Below, piece after piece: positions 26,370 to 39,132 of a DNA stretch of 64,000 nucleotides. The notes under the pieces are model-generated. The model was given only the letters and a program-made list of their open reading frames with translations, did no database searches and was not told the DNA's origin. A program made the translations under genes and the position numbers. Each line of letters opens with the position of its first letter. The stretch's first letter is position 1. Source of the DNA: Okamejei kenojei (taxonomy: Eukaryota); NCBI GenBank assembly GCA_035221665.1, contig CM069152.1, forward strand, positions 20,584,001 through 20,648,000. The letters are read 5' to 3'.

Positions 26370-26885
26370 CATTCTCCTGTGAAAGCCTCATCTCCAGCTA
26401 TTGCAAAGCCTTTCCACCTTCTCCATGTCACAAGTCATGAAAATAATACCCTCCACTTATCTTGATGAGTGGAGATCTACAACATTTAAGAGGTTTAAAA
26501 CTTTGTAACTACCCACCTTTCAAAGTTTTTATTTCCTCCATCAATGGTGTACTGTGTACCAGCTACAAAGTACATTGCAGATACTTGTCCAGGCTACTCT
26601 GACAACTCTAACATCAAGGTCAAGGGAAAAATATGTAAAAGAACACCAGTACTTGCAGACTTCCTTAACCTTAAATGCCTCCCTGGCGTGGAAATATATC
26701 ATTTGTCATTCATCATCTCAAGGTCTAAATCATGGAACTCCCTTCCCAATAGCAATGTGGAACTAATTTCACTGGAAGGACTGCAACAGGTCAAGTAGGC
26801 TGCTCACCCCCACCAGTCCACAGGCAATCAGAGATGGACAATGCTGAAAAGTCATCGACAACCACATCCTGACAAAATAATAAAT
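26370..26885 (+). mobile_element. Old CR1-group LINE 3' end, probably continuing the 24430 element
   Basis: SKSWNSLPNSNV..EGLQQVK*AAH remnants and an A-rich end. Confidence 0.55.
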
Positions 26886-28194
26886 ACATAAATTACTTGC
26901 TGAAAGTTATGCAAGAACTGGTAAAGGAATTACTGTTGCTGAACCTTTGCCCTGCATAGGCCCACGACAATATTTCCAGCAAATTGGCAAGGCACCAATC
27001 AGCAGGATAGGAATTCTCATTTACTGTAAAAATGCATTTGGCATCTATTATAATAGAATAATAATAGAATAGAACTCTGGAATGCAAATATTCTTCACAT
27101 CGGATTCTGGATCCTTCACACCTAATCATGTAGGGACTACAATTAAAATTCCCTTAATAAGGCTGACTGATTCTAATAAAAGATTCTACACAAATAAAAT
27201 GGATGAAACACAATAATAAAAGCTTTAACATTAGATCTCACCATAATTTCAATATGTACAAGTCCTCACTTCAAAAAAACATGAAATTAGGTCTCCTGTA
27301 ACACTGTCCACACTTCACTTCAGTAAAGACACCCACCTGGAACATACAACAATAATGTTCTGCTGGAGATATAACCCTGGTTCGATTTGCAAATTGTATA
27401 CAATACTACATTTGTCAAAAGAGGTAATGACAGCAGATTGATGCTGCACTTCCTTTTTAATTTATAATGACAGGTTATCCAATTTGGATCACTTCACTTA
27501 CTTCTATTATGTGTAATTAGAATGTCAAAAGAGTACTGGACTTACATGGTTGGATCTAACTCTGTTATTAACTGTAATCAAAATTGCCCAAATCCCTGCA
27601 GCTCTGCAATAATTAGATTTTTGCCTCCAAGGAGCAGGGTCAACTTTTAACAAATCTATTCAAATCCATTATGAATTTTAGGGTTTATGCAGCAAGAGAT
27701 CTTGGCACACAGTACTTGATTGAACCATTCTGCCTTCTGATATCTCAGTGGCTAAATAAAAAGTGCAGAGTAATCCGCACAATACCAGGAAGACTGCAGC
27801 ATCAGAGTTTTTGATGAACTGAGTTCACAAGCCTTAGCTGTGGCAACTGTCCAAAAAACACAGAACTTCCTTCTGCCACGTGTAACAGAATGGATAATAA
27901 CATATTTTCTGCTGGCCAAGTTTAAACAACAAATCTGTTTCCCTGGAAGAAAAGATATTAAACTGCCTTTAAAATACCCAGTAGACCTGAAGACAATAGT
28001 TTTTTTGTCACAAGAAGAGTAGGAAAATGTGTGGCCACCTTCTGTGCAGGAAAGCAGAGTGCACTAAGTAGGTTCAACAGCAACTGAAAAGACTTTGGAT
28101 CTTTAGCTACCACACTAGCTTTAGTTGGTTTTCGACCTACAAAGAAAAAGGGAATGCTGTCGGCAAATCAACTGTCTGCCATTTACAGACTGAC

Positions 28195-28410
28195 AGAGGC
28201 ATACAGCACAGAAAAAGGCCTTTTGGCCCAACTCATCCATGACGATCAAGATGCCCCATCTAAGATTGTCCCATTTACCCACGTTTGTCCAATATCCCTC
28301 TAAACCTTTCTTGCTTATGTACCTGTCCAAGGGACTTTTAAATATAGTACCTGCCTCAACTACATCCTCTGACAGCTCGTTCCTTATACCCACCCATCGT
28401 ATGTGTGGAA
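28195..28410 (-). mobile_element. HER1 LINE 3' tail
   Basis: ORF NELSEDVVEAGTIFKSPLDRY..KGLEGY plus the HE1-shared tail. Confidence 0.8.
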
Positions 28411-28472
28411 AAAAAGAGATGAGATCAAATTAGATCAAAACTGATCTGTTCATTACTATTTAACCATCTTAA

Positions 28473-28788
28473 AGAGGCTGTCCCACTGTAAGCACTAATT
28501 CAAGAGTTTCCCGAGTTTCCCCTGATTCGAACTCGGAGAATTACGGTAAAAGCCGCTCGTAGGTACTAGGGGCCCTCGTGGATATTTTTCAACATATTGA
28601 AAAATCTTCACGAGTCTTCACGAGCTCACCGCATTTCCCGAGTACCTGCTGTTAGCGTTACCTGCCGCTAAGAGACGTCCCGCGCTCCGACGTACCCACT
28701 ATGTACATTCTACGTGCTTACCACAAGTTTGATTTTTTTTTAAACTCGGGAGAGCTCTTGAATTAGCTCGTACAGTGGGACAGCCCCT
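28473..28788. mobile_element. PIF/Harbinger-type MITE, related to the 9931 element
   Basis: TIRs agaggctgtcccactgta..ctaattcaagag / ctcttgaattag..tacagtgggacagcccct. TAA-like flanks. Shares aactcggagaattacggtaa with the 9931 element. Confidence 0.8.
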
Positions 28789-29446
28789 AAAGTCTCTAAA
28801 GCATCACTGGCAAACCAACAATTATCAAACGGAAAAAAATCAAACCCGTTGCTTCTACTGCTTTTTGGAGGATAGACCAAAATTTCTATTCATTAATTTT
28901 TGCCCATCTATCATAGTAACAGCTGGAAGCTTATTAGTGGTAGGGAAATAATCTGTCCTAATTTTGATGTGCTTTTGTTCTGCTCTACCCTTTAATAGTT
29001 TCTCCCTGTCAACCCTACCAACTCTTCAAATTATGTTAAACATCATTAAAATTAGATTAAATCACCCCATAATCTATATGAAGGGGCAAAATCATCAAGA
29101 CTTAACCTCATGACCCCAGAGCTTTCTCAATATTCACTCCTGAAATATTGTGTTTAACCCCTAAAACAAATGAATTGCCTAACTGCTTCCAATTTATGAT
29201 TTTGATCTGTAATTGCGGAGGAGTTAAGAGGAAACGTAACATTGCTTTTGGTCAATGCCACTGTAATGGCAATGAAAGACAAACCTTGAAGCCGCTTATG
29301 GAGGAAATTAAATAATTATGAGATATAATTTCAAAATGCAATAATGACAATTTGGCTGTACATTTAGAACCCTAAACATCCCCATAATTTAGATTTTTCA
29401 GATTTAATGGTTAACCAACAGAGGAGAAAAAGTTAGATAGGATTGG

Positions 29447-29505
29447 TTTATTAACACCACGGGTAGTCACAGATTTATTAACACCGCAGGTAGTCACAGA
29501 TTTAT
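29447..29505. repeat. 27-bp tandem duplication (2.2 copies)
   Basis: tttattaacaccacgggtagtcacaga / tttattaacaccgcaggtagtcacaga / tttat. Confidence 0.9.
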
Positions 29506-30159
29506 GTAGCAATGTACTGCTGTGTAAAGCAAATCATGAGCTATAAATTCCTGCAATTTTCTCTTGATTATTTACTTTGTTAATCATAGTATATATATGC
29601 TGGAATTTCTTCTATGTAATCACCTAATCTAATTCCACAATACTACTTGATCCACATAATCTGTAATATTATTTTATAAGCAATTAAATAAAATACTGAT
29701 TGTGCTTCAATGTTTTTGGCAGTGAATGCTACAATCAAACCATCTGCTATGCAAAACATTCCTCAATCCTCCGCTTGAAGACCCTTGTGATTATCTTGTT
29801 GCCATCTCACTGAACCTAACAATTCGGCAAAGATGAAGACCTCTGTCAGGTTAATCGTTAACTTTCTCGGTTTCCGCAGAACAAAAAACTCCTTTCCTTA
29901 CCCATCTCTTCATAAATGGAACCATTCATCCTTGCTAACATCCTTATTAAGTCTTTCCAATTACTATCATCTCTTAAAAAAGATAAGGCACCCAATGTTG
30001 CATATAACAAAATGATGAAAGCTTAACTAAACACTCGCGTGGTTGCACCTTCATCCTTTTGGTTACACCTTCTCCTTCTCCATATATCCAAATGTAAGAC
30101 TACTTAGTTAAAGTCCATTTGTATCTACTTTGTGATCTCTATTAAAGTGTCATCCTTGA

Positions 30160-30335
30160 GATGTGGCACTCTTGCTGATGGATCAAAGAGAAATGGGATC
30201 AATCCACACATACACCATATTGATACTCCAACGCAGTACACTGGCTATGGTGCACATTTGGAACTGTTTTCGGATAAAATGTCAAACTGAACCCGCACCT
30301 CAGTGTTCAGGTGAGATATAAAAAATCTTTGGATG
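30160..30335 (+). mobile_element. Ancient DeuSINE (SacSINE1/AmnSINE1-related) remnant
   Basis: gcactcttgc..gggatcaatcc head and ttttcggataaaatgtcaaactga..tcaggtgagatataaaaaatc, resembling the Deu domain as recalled. Confidence 0.45.
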
Positions 30336-31156
30336 ACCAGAGCTTATGAAATATACTATGTCATTGAAATGTATTTCTTCTTCCTTAATATCAAGATGAT
30401 TATATCCCCTATTTTTACTTCCAAAATGGATTTCTGCAAATGTTTCAATAAAAGTATCCATTGAGATATCCAACCTGTTGTCCCAAAATAATTCTCATTG
30501 TCTATTGCCATTTTAGCTCCATTTACCACTTTTAAATTGCAGTAGTTTTTTCACAAAGTCTACATTCTTTATTTATACACTATGTGTGCAGATACAAGTA
30601 ACTATAGATGCTGGTTCATAAAAAGATACACAAAGTGCTGGAGTAATTCAGCGAGTCAGGCAGTATCTCTGGAGAACATGGATACCTGACTTGTCCAGTC
30701 AGGACCCTTCTTCAGACTGATTGTGCTGGGTGGGACGACAGCTTGAAGAGAGGAAGGCCAGGACCAAATCTGGTAAATCACAGGTGGGGGTAGTGGGGTG
30801 TGTGGAAGTTGGTAAGCAAATGGTTGGGCAAAGGCCAGAGATAAAAAGACAAAAGGTGTGAGATGAAGATAGAACAGGTGTGAATGTGAAGCCAGAGGAA
30901 GGAATACAGGTGGAAGCCAGGTGGGAGAATGTAAAATGGGTGTGGGTCTAGGTGGGGAAAGGGAAGAGAGTGGGTGAAAAAGGTGGGGGGGGGGGGTGAA
31001 AGGAGGGGGAGAAGGAAGCAGGATGGCTGTCTGTAGGTTAGTTACCCATATTTGGAGAATTCAATATTCATATCATTGGGTTGTAAACTATCCAAGTGGA
31101 ATATGAGATGTTGTTCCTCAGGTTTGCACGTATTCTCATTCTGGAAATGGAGGAGT

Positions 31157-31391
31157 TGTGGCGGGGACGAATAGGGAGTCCAGCCAAAAACTAATCGGAC
31201 ACGGGTTGCGTGCACTAGACGTGTTTATTCTCTCCAATACAGCTCCCTACTCCACCCAGGTCACGGGCATTGCCCGGCCTTAAATACCAACTCAGGTACC
31301 GACCCTGTGACGAGCGCCTCCCACAACAAGATGCCGCCCCCTAGAGCCGATGGTTCAAAGTGCCCTTGGGTTGCCACCAGGTGCCGCCACA
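31157..31391 (-). mobile_element. Solo LTR (235 bp) with 4-bp TSD GAGT
   Basis: Termini TGTGGCGG...CCGCCACA (8-bp inverted repeat, TG..CA). GAGT at 31153-31156 and 31392-31395. Minus-strand TATTTAA (31286-31280) then AATAAA (31229-31224). Confidence 0.85.
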
Positions 31392-31674
31392 GAGTCCGCG
31401 ATAGAAAGTTCAGTATGGGGATGGGAAGGCGAGTTAAAATGGGAGCCTTCGCGGACCGAGTGCAAGTGTCTGGCTAAATGGTCGCCGAGTCTACATTTCG
31501 GTGTCGCCGTTGTAAAGGAGGCCACATTGGGAACACTGAATGCAGTAGATGTGGTTAGAGGGAGAGCATGTGAATCTCTGAGGGAGGAGGTGTAAGGACA
31601 GGTGGTGGATCTCCTGTGGCTCAAGGAGAAAGTACGTGAAAAAGTGGTGGTCTGCGTTGGAACGGATAAATGAA

Positions 31675-31880
31675 TTGGCTGTGGAGGCCAAGTCAGTGGA
31701 TATTTTTAAGGCAGAGATGGATAGATTTTTGATTAGTACAGGTGTCAGAGGTTATGGGGAGAAGGCAGGAGAATGGGGTTAGGATGGAGAGATAGATCAG
31801 CCATGATTGAATAGCGGAGTAGACTTGATGGGTCGAATGGCATAATTCTACTCTTATCACATGACCTTACGACCTTATAA
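31675..31880 (+). mobile_element. 5'-truncated CR1 3' tail nested in the Penelope remnant
   Basis: gtggaggccaagtcagtggatatttttaaggcagag..tcagccatgattgaat..tgaccttacgacctta. aatgaa is repeated on both flanks. Confidence 0.8.
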
Positions 31881-33219
31881 TGAACCTAGGAGTTGCGGAG
31901 TGAACAGTCTCTGTGGATAGCAGAAATGGGTGGGGATGGCAAGATAAGACTGGATGGTTGGGTCATTGTGGAAATGTTAAAGAATGTGGTGGAAATGTCA
32001 GAGAATGATGTATTGGATGCGACGGCTGGTGGGGTGAAAGGTAATGAACAAGGAAACTCTTCTATCTGGAAAGAGATGGAACGAGAGCGGAATTACGGGA
32101 CGAAGAGGATACATGGATGAGGATAACATCTATTACAGCAGGCTGGAAAACACATTTACAAAATAAAATGGGAAATCTTGGGAGCAGACGCAGCAGAGAC
32201 GGAGAAATTAACTCTAGGGGATAGCATCTTTGCAAGAAGTAGGGTGAATGTGTAGTCCAAATAACTGTGGGAGTCAGTAAGTTTGTAGTAGAGGTCAGTT
32301 GATAGTCTGTCCCTTGTGGTGGAGACAGAGAATTAAGAAAGGGAAGAGAGGTGGCAAAAATAGTCCAAGTAATGGGCTGCCCAACACTGATATCTGTGAA
32401 ATATTCTACATCAGCAAAGTATAACTCTGAACTTTGGTTTAGTGTATTTTCAATACCTAACCTATAAACAGTGGGTGCAGTAGGTACAGGAATATACATT
32501 TAGTTTGCTGCATCATTCAAATGATTATGGATGATCCACTCAAGACTAGAGGTTGAATTTTGTATTCCACCTCAGGTAAAACATAATACATCTCAAACAC
32601 AGTACATTTTCACTGAAACATAATTGACAGTGGTACATGAATATTATGCAAACATTTTCTGGTAGACAAATGTTTTCTGGTACAAATTACCACAAAAATA
32701 CATGTAAAACACATTTTGCATTAGCAACCTGTCAACTGCACTAACAAATCATTCATGGGTGGTTTATTCCAGAGTGTGCCCCACTGGAGCAAAAGAAGGA
32801 ATGGACTGAAAGTGGGCAGAATGTAATTGCCATTTTCTGTCGATCAAATGCACCTGTGGAAAAGAATCACACACAATCATGAATTATTTGTATAAAGCCA
32901 CACTTAGTCACAGAGTGAGGAATCACAGAAAATGCATGAAGCCACAGGACAATTACCAGCAACTCAACCAGAAACGTAGTGATGTCCTCATGGACAGGGC
33001 AGAAGTTATTTAGAACAATGGAGCAGAGGAGCCGTAAAAGAGAGTAAAGAATCCTCACAAGCTGACTTTCTTTTTCTAACCAACCTATTATTTGCAATTT
33101 ATGGTATACCAAATGCAACTTTACTCATGTCATACTGACTGAAAGGCAAAAGTAATTGATTAATTGTCTCATGGATGTGAAGGAGCTGCATAAATCTAAA
33201 GGCCCCCAAATTATTTATC

Positions 33220-33488
33220 ATCCTCACTACGGGTATTGTCTGTACGGAGATTGTACGTTCTCCCCATGACCTGCGTGGGTTTTCCTGGGTGCTGCAGTTT
33301 CCTCCCACACTCTAAAGATGTACAGATTTGTTGGTTAAATTGGCTTAGGTGAAATTGTAAATTGCCCTTAGTGTATGTAGGATAGTGTTAGTCTGTAGTG
33401 TTAGTCTGTAGTGTTTGGATCGCTGGTTGGCCCGACTCGGTGGGCCGAAGGGCCTGTTTCTGCGCTGTATTTCTAAACTAAACTAAAC
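33220..33488 (+). mobile_element. HE1-type V-SINE, 5'-truncated, with (taaac)n tail
   Basis: V-domain plus gggccgaagggcctgtttctgcgctgtatttctaaactaaactaaac. Confidence 0.85.
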
Positions 33489-34302
33489 AGAATAGTGTAG
33501 ATGGCATCAAATGACGTTTTGCAGTACATACACGATCATTTTTCTTCGACACTGTGCTGTGCAATAACATTTCCAGGCTAATTTCTTTCTAACTTCATTG
33601 AGACACAAGTAACAAAGAACGATCTGGCAAGATTTCTCAATTACAGCTAATAAAAAACATCAAATGGTCTAACCTTCAAAATTGTGCTTTTGCTTTCTAA
33701 CAGAGGGATCGTTAGAATACAGTCTGGGAACCTCCAGAATCCTCCATCCATTATTTTGAGATGATTTGGCAACATTGCAGAAGAGGAATGAAAATTGTCT
33801 CAAATTAAATAAACCTGTTCCTCTAGTGGCTTTCTTTTCCAAATCTATTTTTCTTTTTACAAGGAGCCTATTGAAGTGCCATTAATTTTAAGTTGGATGT
33901 TGGGGGAAAAATATGTGGCTAATATATTTGCCAGTCTTTAATGGGTAAAGCTATACCTTGCCAATCTTTAATGGCACTTCTCAAGACGCAAAGCAATTTT
34001 GAAATATATTACTACCAGGTCAATTCCAACATTACAAAGCTGGCACCTTCCTTTACTACACCATGAATGCCAATATAAAATTCCAGATGTTTCACAACCA
34101 AGCTTGGGGAGAACAGATGCCAAGCCCAGATATGCAGAAGCAATGACTGTCGGATTGAGAAGAATATTGAGTGTTTTGAAGATGGAGGAAAGGAAAATAC
34201 GTTCAGGAAGGAGATCTCTAGTATTGAAAAAACTAGTTTAAGGCTCGCATGGTTGGACAGAAAGATGCTGAGAGGTATTTAAAAGTCCACAGTCAGAAGA
34301 AA

Positions 34303-34505
34303 AGGGGCAGTACAGTGGTGCAGCTAGTCGAGCTCCCGCCTCACAATGCCAGAGACCCGGGATCGCTCCTGACCTTGGTTAATGTCCGTGTGGAGTTTGC
34401 ACGTTCATCCTGTGACTAAATATGTTTCCTCCAGTTTTCTTCCACATCCCAAATTATAGGTTAATTGACCTGCGTAAAATGTGCAGGGAGTGGATGCGAA
34501 AGTCA
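34303..34505 (+). mobile_element. HE1-type V-SINE, 3'-truncated
   Basis: tRNA-like head gtggtgcagctagtcgagc..cgggatcgctcc and V-domain gtgtggagtttgcacgttc. Confidence 0.75.
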
Positions 34506-36409
34506 ATGAAGTACAATAATAATTACATCTAAAATGAATGTGGGAAATGAAATAACCACTTGACACATAGCTGTACCCATCAAATATCACTTAGATAATG
34601 ATCCAATAATTTGTTTATCTTGGATAATAAATACAATTATTTCGAAATTAATGTATCATGGGTTAATGAGTCAATGCAGGTCAACAAAAATAGACAAGAT
34701 GATTAATTGCCCAATGCAAGGCAGCGTGTACAGAGGAATTATGGGCCAGATGGCACTTGCAATGGGTGCTGGATGAGAAACTTCAAAGATTTAAAGGAAC
34801 AGTCAAATGAGGATTGAGAGGATTACATTCTATAATTCTCCTCCATATTTTCAAACCACAACATGGCCTTGCCAATTTGTCCTCTTCAAAAAATCCATTT
34901 TTGATCATTCCACTATTTTATGTATACTTTGGTATATATAAAATATATATGGTAACTGGTTGGTATTTTAGCTATGGCAGGGGGGTGGGGGATCCTCAAT
35001 ACTCCTTCCTGCCTTCTTGCCATTTTTCCCAGGGTAATGGAGTCAAATGAACGAAATGTAGCTTTGGCCTTATTAATCATCATCTGCACTCTTCAAATGT
35101 CAGATAGTGTGCTTCCTAATGGATCCCACATCCACTTAGAGAAGTTACAGCCTCTAGAAAAAAAGCCACTAACTGGAATAATTCTTTGGTAAAGACCAAC
35201 AGGCAGAAAATTCATCTGGAAAACATGAATGCTGGAAATAAATTTAGAATTCCACCTGGCAAGGTGCATCTCAAACAAGTGATGGGATGGTCGAAGAAAG
35301 TCCTCAATACAGTGTGTTTCTTCATGTTCTGAAGTGCAAAGAAGAAAAAGTGACTGAAATCAAAGGAAGCTCCCTCCTGCTCATGTTGTTGTACAGAATT
35401 ACAATTAGATTTATTTCAGTTAGTCTTGCCTGGCATTTAGCCAAAAAGGATGTTAAGTCACAAGTGTGCATTGAAACTGAAGCGAGAGTTGCTCTGGTTG
35501 AGAGCCAATAGACATACATAGGACGAAACAGCCTTCTGTCTTGCACCCATTTTATGATTCAGTAATCTATTTACATCGTTTGATGTCAAATTTTGTCTGA
35601 AATCACTAATATGAATCCCCTGGCAATGGTTTCCTTTGTTAAAGATGCTATAATAAGACAATAATGTATTTTTCAACCACTGAATGTGTTAATTTACCTT
35701 AGTTAAACCACAGGTAATGCAACCAGCTCCTGAGGAAAAGAGCACAATGAAAGTCAAATCAGCGAGGGGTCTCTGTCTTGGTTAACGTCTATTAAATCCA
35801 ACCATAGAGAGTTGATGAGAAAGGGCGTCAAACTCAAGAGAGAGTTAAAATTTCTTGAACAGAAAAGGTGAGAAAAAGCTGGAGGTAAACGCTGGCAATT
35901 GCAGGATTAAAGGACAGCCTGAGTGAGCCTGAAAAACAGTTTCTTTATATTTACACCACTCAATATATAGATAATATTTGCACAGAGAAAATACCATTAA
36001 AGATAATGGCCTTTTACTCCAAACATTTTATTCATTGGTTAATATTCAGTTCTTATTTTCAATCCTGCCTGACAATTCCCCAAACAGAAAGTTAAATTGC
36101 CAGTCATACATCTTTCTGAGAGTCTACATAAACCTGGAGTGTTATTAATCCAGATGACTTCCAATATATTTACTGGCAAAAATAAACTAGATTGCATGTT
36201 TACTTTCAAAACACTTGATTTGTTAAATGGGGTTAACAAATTACTCAGTTACTTTAATCCAGTGGATGCGAAGCCATGTATATTGTATATTCTAGTGATC
36301 TCTACTGTATAGGGAGGGTATACTGCATTAGGATAAACTTTCATAGTTATTATGGCCACACTAGAGAACTGACAGGAGTCATGTTATACATTTGTCTTCA
36401 CAGTTTCCA

Positions 36410-36622
36410 ACTCTTCAATCCTTCTGCCTCAATCTTTGGCCATTGTTCCAACCGTCTGACTATCAAAACAAAATGCCCCTCGCCCGTGTCCACCTCTCCC
36501 AGCTTTCTTTCCACTCCCCTACATCAGTCTAGGCAAGGGCCCTGACCCAAACCATCATCTATCCTTGTTCTCCAGAGTTGCAGTCTGACTGTAATCAGCA
36601 TCTGCAGTTCGTTCTTTCTACA
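36410..36622 (+). mobile_element. Penelope terminal-repeat fragment with decayed hammerhead position
   Basis: cccctacatcagtctaggcaagggccctgacccaaaccatc..ctccagag..cagcatctgcagttc. Confidence 0.65.
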
Positions 36623-38344
36623 TCATGTTATACCTCGTGGTTAGACACCATTAATAATTTTGTGATCTCATTATAAAGTAGTATAAGAGAATGACCTTGA
36701 TTCACATAGGCTTTGATTTTTCTTTTTGCTCAGGGAATTTCAGGCAACATCATAAAAACATTTTCTATGTCATAATCACATTGCTGCTAGAGGAAACTTC
36801 ACGTGTACAAAATAATCGCTGCATTTTCTACATTACAGCACTTCAAAAGTTATTCATCAGCAGTAAAGAGCAATTTTTTTTGGCACAATCAGAGAAAAAC
36901 GCTAAATGCAAGTCTCACTTCAATTTCCTTCTTAAGAAGATTTTTTAATCTCTGTTTCAACAAAGTACAGGATGTCACCTTTTTTCCTTTCCGGCCCACT
37001 TTGTTGAAGGTTACAACTCCGGCAATAGAATTAGTCCCGTGTGCACTAAATCAACGTAGTTAATTCCTGAATATTTCAAGGAGAGCAAGAGGTTTTTAAA
37101 TAGAGCTTCATATTTGAAGATTCCTCCTCATGCCAAATTAAAAATTATGGCAGAAACAGAATGAAAATAATTGCACTTAATAAAATTTGGTCATTAGAAC
37201 AAGGTATGCTTTTCCTCAATTGGGAAAGTATTCCCAGAATTTCCAATGCTTTGTACTTGAATTAAAGCAAGTTACAGTGCAAAGTAAATAATGAACCACG
37301 AACAAGACTAAACAAAGAACTTTAAGCATTTCTGCGCACATGCTATGCAGATATTAGAAGCATGCCAATCACAACACATTGGTAATTTTCCAAAGAATGT
37401 TGATTTCAAGGCCCCTTTGAAATTGTTTCACATAAATACAATCAATAAACAAAACAGGTCATGCAGGCAAAAAGACTACAAAGGAAGGGGCATATTATAT
37501 ATCTGCATTAAAGCAATAATTAATCATATGCAACTTTATTGCAGTCATTTGCAACAGAGCTCAATTCATCTCACAGGCCAGAAAAATGTAGCTATTGAGC
37601 TGCTCCTAGTGTACCACATTGCATGGAATAGCTGGACCAATTTGCAGATTCCAGGAGCCATCTGTCAATCAAGATACTGTACATGTCCATGATGAAATTC
37701 ACCACATGTTTCAGTGTACTAACACAACTTTCAGCCATCTTCGGTTAGATCAAGATCTCAAACACTGTTCAAGCCTGTAGTCTACTGGCCTTATCTCAAG
37801 ATAACAGAACCAATGTCATCATCCTCCACTAAACCAACTTCCCCAATTTAGTGGCCATGTTTACACCTGTTTCATGTCATTCTACAGGCAATGACTTTCA
37901 CATGCCTGACTCAAAAAGTGCTCTATTCCCAGCTATGTCATGGCGTTGAATTTTTGAATAGTGGAAAAGATTCAAGAAAGTTCCAAAAGTGTAATATCTT
38001 CACATATAAAATTGTGTTTGCTAACATCTCCGTCAAGTTCCAGGAGATGTTTTGCCAATTTAAATGCACATTCTTATCATCACCATCAAAGGCCAAAAAA
38101 TATACCAGCAGGACCTGGAAAGCCACATATATCCTCACATATCTTTGGATTGGGATTGACTAACTGATTTAGTTACAATGGAAGTCTGAAATTACTGAGA
38201 CTCAGACATGTACTATCTTTGCTGAATAGATTGAATTGAAACAGAAACAAAAGCTTCCATGTTTCAAGTTACAGAATTACATATTTTATTATTTCACTGA
38301 AATAATATTAATTTTACATCACAATAACTACATTACCATCCTAA

Positions 38345-39132
38345 AGCACATGTCCCACTTTGAAACCTGAACGGAAACCTCTGGAGACCTTGCACCCCAC
38401 CCAAGGTTTCCGTGAAGTTCCCGGAGGTTCTGGTCACTCTCCCTAATAGTCAAAAGTGGTTTGTGCGTAGTCGAGGCTTCTTCTATGTTCCTGCGATTAT
38501 TTCAACAAATTCAAAACCGGCCTCGACTAAAAATAGGTTGCCGTTTGGTCGAAGCCAGTGGAGTGGGGTTGCTATTTACATACATCCAGTCGAAGGCAAT
38601 CTCCTTCGCTGACCGGCCATTTTGATTGGCTCATTGGAGTTTTCAGCAGGTTTTCAGGACCTAGTAGATCCGCCGGAAGGTAAAATGCCCGCTAACTTTA
38701 TTAAACTTCTTATAACTGTCTCCACTCCTTCTCCCCCCCTTCTCTCCTCCTTCTCTCCCCTTCTCTCTCCTCTTCTCTCCCCCCATCTCTGTCCTTCTCT
38801 CCCCTTCTTTCCCTTTCTCTCCCTCCCCCCCGCACTCTCTAAAGGACTTACTGTGCTCGGTGGGAGCCGTTTACCTTCCTCTTCATCGCGCAGACAGCGC
38901 TCCTCCACTGTCCCTGGCCCCCACCTTCGCAATGTTTTTGTGTGTGCGTGTGTGTGTGTGCGTGTGTGCGGTCGGTAGCAAAGATCCTGTGGGATCTTTG
39001 GTCAGTGGATGCAGCTCACGCTTCGGTCGAGGCTTTCCAGGCGAGTGACCAAAACCTCTAGCGACTCATGGAAACCTTGGGTGGGGCGCAAGGTCTCCAG
39101 AGGTTTCCGTTCAGGTTTCCTAACAGGGGCTT
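38345..39132. mobile_element. PIF/Harbinger-type non-autonomous DNA transposon (~790 bp)
   Basis: Long TIRs: gaaacctgaacggaaacctctggagaccttgcaccccacccaaggtttcc / ggaaaccttgggtggggcgcaaggtctccagaggtttccgttcaggtttc. Left terminus taa|agcacatgtcccactt. CT-rich and (GT)n interior. Confidence 0.8.

Larger units (their letters stand above)
30595..32380 (-). mobile_element. Penelope-like element remnant (RT thumb, GIY-YIG endonuclease, terminal repeat) with two nested insertions
   Basis: ITWTIFATSLPFL and TDLYYKLTDSHSYLDY..CKDAIP (RT). QRFTCSPSNHIYCIQCSQCGLLYNGDT..RLGDHLARHLHSV..HFNSPSH and EEQHLIFHLDSLQPNDMNIEFS (GIY-YIG). Terminal repeat at 30595-30725. Confidence 0.88.

Noticed and set aside
30680-30725. 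Second active hammerhead
   Set aside because: CUGAAGA is retained but GAAAC is mutated to GACAA and stem II is weakened. The copies at 36520 and 57015 are also degenerate.
33099-33308. MQLL motif on the minus strand as the MAD1L1 terminal exon
   Set aside because: The context (FMQLLHIHET) does not match KMQLLETEFS, and the ORF partly overlaps an HE1 SINE.
38622-39048. Low-complexity ORFs of 62-118 aa
   Set aside because: They derive from the CT-rich and (GT)n interior of a MITE.
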